Shown one piece after another: positions 60,116 through 64,000 of a stretch of 64,000 nucleotides of DNA. The DNA comes from the human T2T-CHM13v2.0 reference genome, Homo sapiens. The notes below the pieces were generated by a model that had not been told where the DNA came from, did not search any database, and saw only the letters and a list, made by a program, of their open reading frames with translations. Within the stretch, counting starts at the first letter, position 1. Each line of letters starts with the position of its first letter. The translations under genes were made by a program, and so were the position numbers. The DNA lies in the NCBI RefSeq assembly GCF_009914755.1, contig NC_060931.1; one strand, 5' to 3'.

Positions 60116-61508
60116 TACTTCAGAACATCATGTTGTTCATAATAAATACAAACAATTTTTCTGTCAACTAAAAAATAAATAAAAATAAAATGTTTACTAC
60201 CATAAAAAGAAAATGTGATATACACATATAATGGAATATTATTCAGCCTTTACACGGAAGGAAATTCTAACACATTTCTGCAACATGGGTAAACCTTGAA
60301 GACATTAGGCTGAATTAAGTGCACCATTTGATTCAATACATATTCTTTTAAAAAATCTATTCCACGTCCTCTAAAATATACCATACAACTTTCAAACACT
60401 GAAAAAATACACAAAAAATATAAAGTAGAAAAGGTGTTAGGAGTTATCTTAGTGAGTATTTTTACAAAACAGTAGTTAAAAGATTATAGCAGATGGAAAT
60501 AAAGTAAACAAAATAGCATTAAAGCATTTAAACATCATTAAAAAGATTAAATCATTGTTGGTTTTAAAATACACCTATCCTCTTTCTCTTTTCATAATAT
60601 GTACCTCAAAAATACAATAAAATACTAGTAGAAATTATCTCTAGAAGTTGATATCACAGAAATTATTTTTGCCTTGAGTTTTTTGCGATGATAATGTATT
60701 ACTCTTAAAATCAGAGAAGCTGTAATGCCATTTCAAACAAAGTAGAAAAGCCTCCCCATTCCCTGCCCCACCACTTCCCTCTTGCAATGCGGTTTTTCAA
60801 TAGAAGCGCAGAGTAGAGGAAGGTGATCCTAAGGATTCTCCTCCTAAGAGGGCCAGGACTGCACCTCGCTGGCCTGGGGTTCACACAGGACTGGTCCTGG
60901 AGCCCTGCCTGCTCCATCTGGGGGAGGAAGCCCAGGACTGGGCTGCAGGTTTGTGAATAGGGGCACCGAGGCGTGCAGCGACGCTGAGTGACTCTTCCAT
61001 AATGCAGGGCTGAGTGGGCAGCAGGCCAGACGTGGGTCAGGGAGCGTTCATCCCGAACCGTGTCCAGCCCTGGCCTCGCCGGCCCAAGTCGCCCGCCCTG
61101 TGCAGCCAGGGGACGGCGACGAGGCTGAAGTGCCGCTTGTTTCCGAGCCTGGATGAGTAATGACGCGTTTCTTTTCCAGAAGCAACGTAAATCTGGCTTG
61201 AGGCTGGCACAACACAGCAGGAGCAGTGCAGGCTGGTGGCCAGGCGCCCGGCCCTGCGGCTGCCGAATCTTCGCGAAGCCTGCATCCGAGGCGCGCACTG
61301 GTTCCAGGCCCTGCGGCCATGCGAGGGAAGCCGCAGCGGTGGCCGCAGCGGTGGCGGCTCCTAGAGCGGTGCGGGCTGGTGCTGGCGGCAGGTGGGATGG
61401 AGGGGGGTGGGCTCTTCATGTCTCTCAACCCCTGATTAGAATCCGTGTCGATTTCTGGACACGCGGGCCGAGAGGAGCTGAGATCCGGCCGGCATTTCTC
61501 AGCCATGA

Positions 61509-61824
<316 letters not shown>

Positions 61825-62008
61825 CAACCATGGGTTCAAAGCAGGCGCAGGGAAGCTTCCGGAGGGTGCCTGGACGGCAGCTAAATGGTTGGGGCCTGGC
61901 TCCTGGCTGACCCTGTCTCATCCCGGGTGGCCGGCTCCCAGCCGTTTCTACAGGGCCGGCCTCCTGCCCTAGGATTCTGACTCTGCAGGCTTCCTAGCCC
62001 AGGATTCC

Positions 62009-62201
62009 TTTTTTTTTTTTTTTTTTTTTTTTTTTGAGACAGAGTCTCACTCTGTCGCCCAGGCTGGAGCGCAGTGGTGCGATCTCGGCTCACCGGTTTC
62101 ACCGTGTTAACCAGGATGGTCTTGGTCTCCCGACCTCGTGATCCGCCCACCTCGGCCTCCCAAAGTGCTGGGATTACAGGCTTGAACCGCCGCGCCCGGC
62201 C
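62009..62201 (-). mobile_element. AluY-like element with a ~110-bp central deletion
   Basis: GATCTCGGCTCAC joined directly to CGGTTTCACCGTGTT; TSD CC(T/G)AGCCCA(G/C)GATTC. Confidence 0.9.
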
Positions 62202-63072
62202 CCGAGCCCACGATTCTAACACGCAGTGGAGGCTGAGAGCCTTGGCTGGGGCGCCCTAGCGTCAAGCTCACCATGTGGCCTTTGCGGCACGTCTGCTTCT
62301 CTCTGCCTGGACCGCTCGGGTTTGAAGGCCCAGGGCGGGCCCCAGACGTCTCAGGGGCCATAGAGGCGCTGCTTCCGGAACTGCTGGAAGAGGATGACCA
62401 ACTGCTGCTGCCAGGTCGAAGCGTCCTTGCGGAGGGACCCTACCAGGAAGGACAGGGAGCCACAGCCCTAGTCCCCTCGGCTCTCCTCCCGCCTCCCAGT
62501 GCCTGGTCCAGTGTCCCAGTGGCGGAAGCGAACAGGGACCAATCCGCAAAGGAGAAATTGAGTTGGCAGTGACATTGCCGGAAAATCACTACTGCGGAGT
62601 GCGGAGAGGTGGTTTGGGGCTGATAGGCAATGGTTTAATTGCAGGCAGAGTCTTGCGCCTGATTTGCCTATCATAATGTCCTTGGTGGAAGTTATGGACT
62701 TCCACCCACCCTGCTCCCACCCTCAGTGTGTGCATTAAATTCAGAACTCTCACCAGGCCCTATGTTTGCTGTGTCCCCTGCCTCACTTCATGCCCTGTAC
62801 AGTGACCTTCCGTCCTGTCCTCATGCTCACCGCACAGTCTTTGACCAGAGTTTTTGCATCCCCATCTCTGCAACTTCCCTCAAATCTGCTGCAAGGCAAC
62901 ACATCCTCTGCCTCCTTTAAATCCCGATTCAATCCTCACTGCCCCGACCTAAGTCAGTTCCGTCCATCATAAAGTCCCTTGACGCCATGCAGCAATTCAG
63001 CAATTCAGCATCATATTTATCAAGGAAGCTTGCTTGCATTTGTGAGATCCCTTTGGCACCTCCCTCTGCTAG

Positions 63073-63417
<345 letters not shown>

Positions 63418-63589
63418 TAACACCTTGCCTGGCACAAAGGAGGTCCTCAAAAATGTGTGTTGAATAAAACTTGCACAATTCACTAAGCAAGACTCCTGCA
63501 CTAAAGATACCTATTTTTAAACTTACAGAGTTTCTAGTTAGCTAGAACATAGTATCCAAGAGGCTGAGAATCTTTGCCTAACCATTTTA

Positions 63590-63960
<371 letters not shown>

Positions 63961-64000
63961 GGGTTTTCACTCCTATCTCTAATAACTCCTCTTCTAAGAA

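Overview
Primate (very probably human) nuclear DNA, repeat-rich and apparently non-coding. I cannot support any protein-coding gene: the listed ORFs are almost all read-throughs of Alu, L1, L2, VNTR or GC-rich sequence. The window holds about 20 Alus, several L1s of different ages, six solo LTRs (two MER11, LTR12F-like, MER4A-like, another MER4-group LTR, MSTB-like), DNA transposon fossils and a CpG-island/promoter-like region at ~61.0-62.6 kb. The most notable items are (i) a rare SVA2-type VNTR retroelement inserted antisense into an L1; (ii) candidate phase-0 minus-strand exons running from the CpG island that could splice into a lncRNA with a short ORF (speculative); (iii) an isolated 57-bp near-identical duplication of unique sequence 2.1 kb apart; (iv) a perfect 11-bp inverted repeat in a MIR, near Z-DNA/G4 tracts and AP-1/E-box motifs; (v) nested insertions whose TSDs give a readable order of events. 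I did not identify the locus. Subfamily names come from my recall of consensus sequences, not from a search. There is no evidence of CRISPR or any prokaryotic system.
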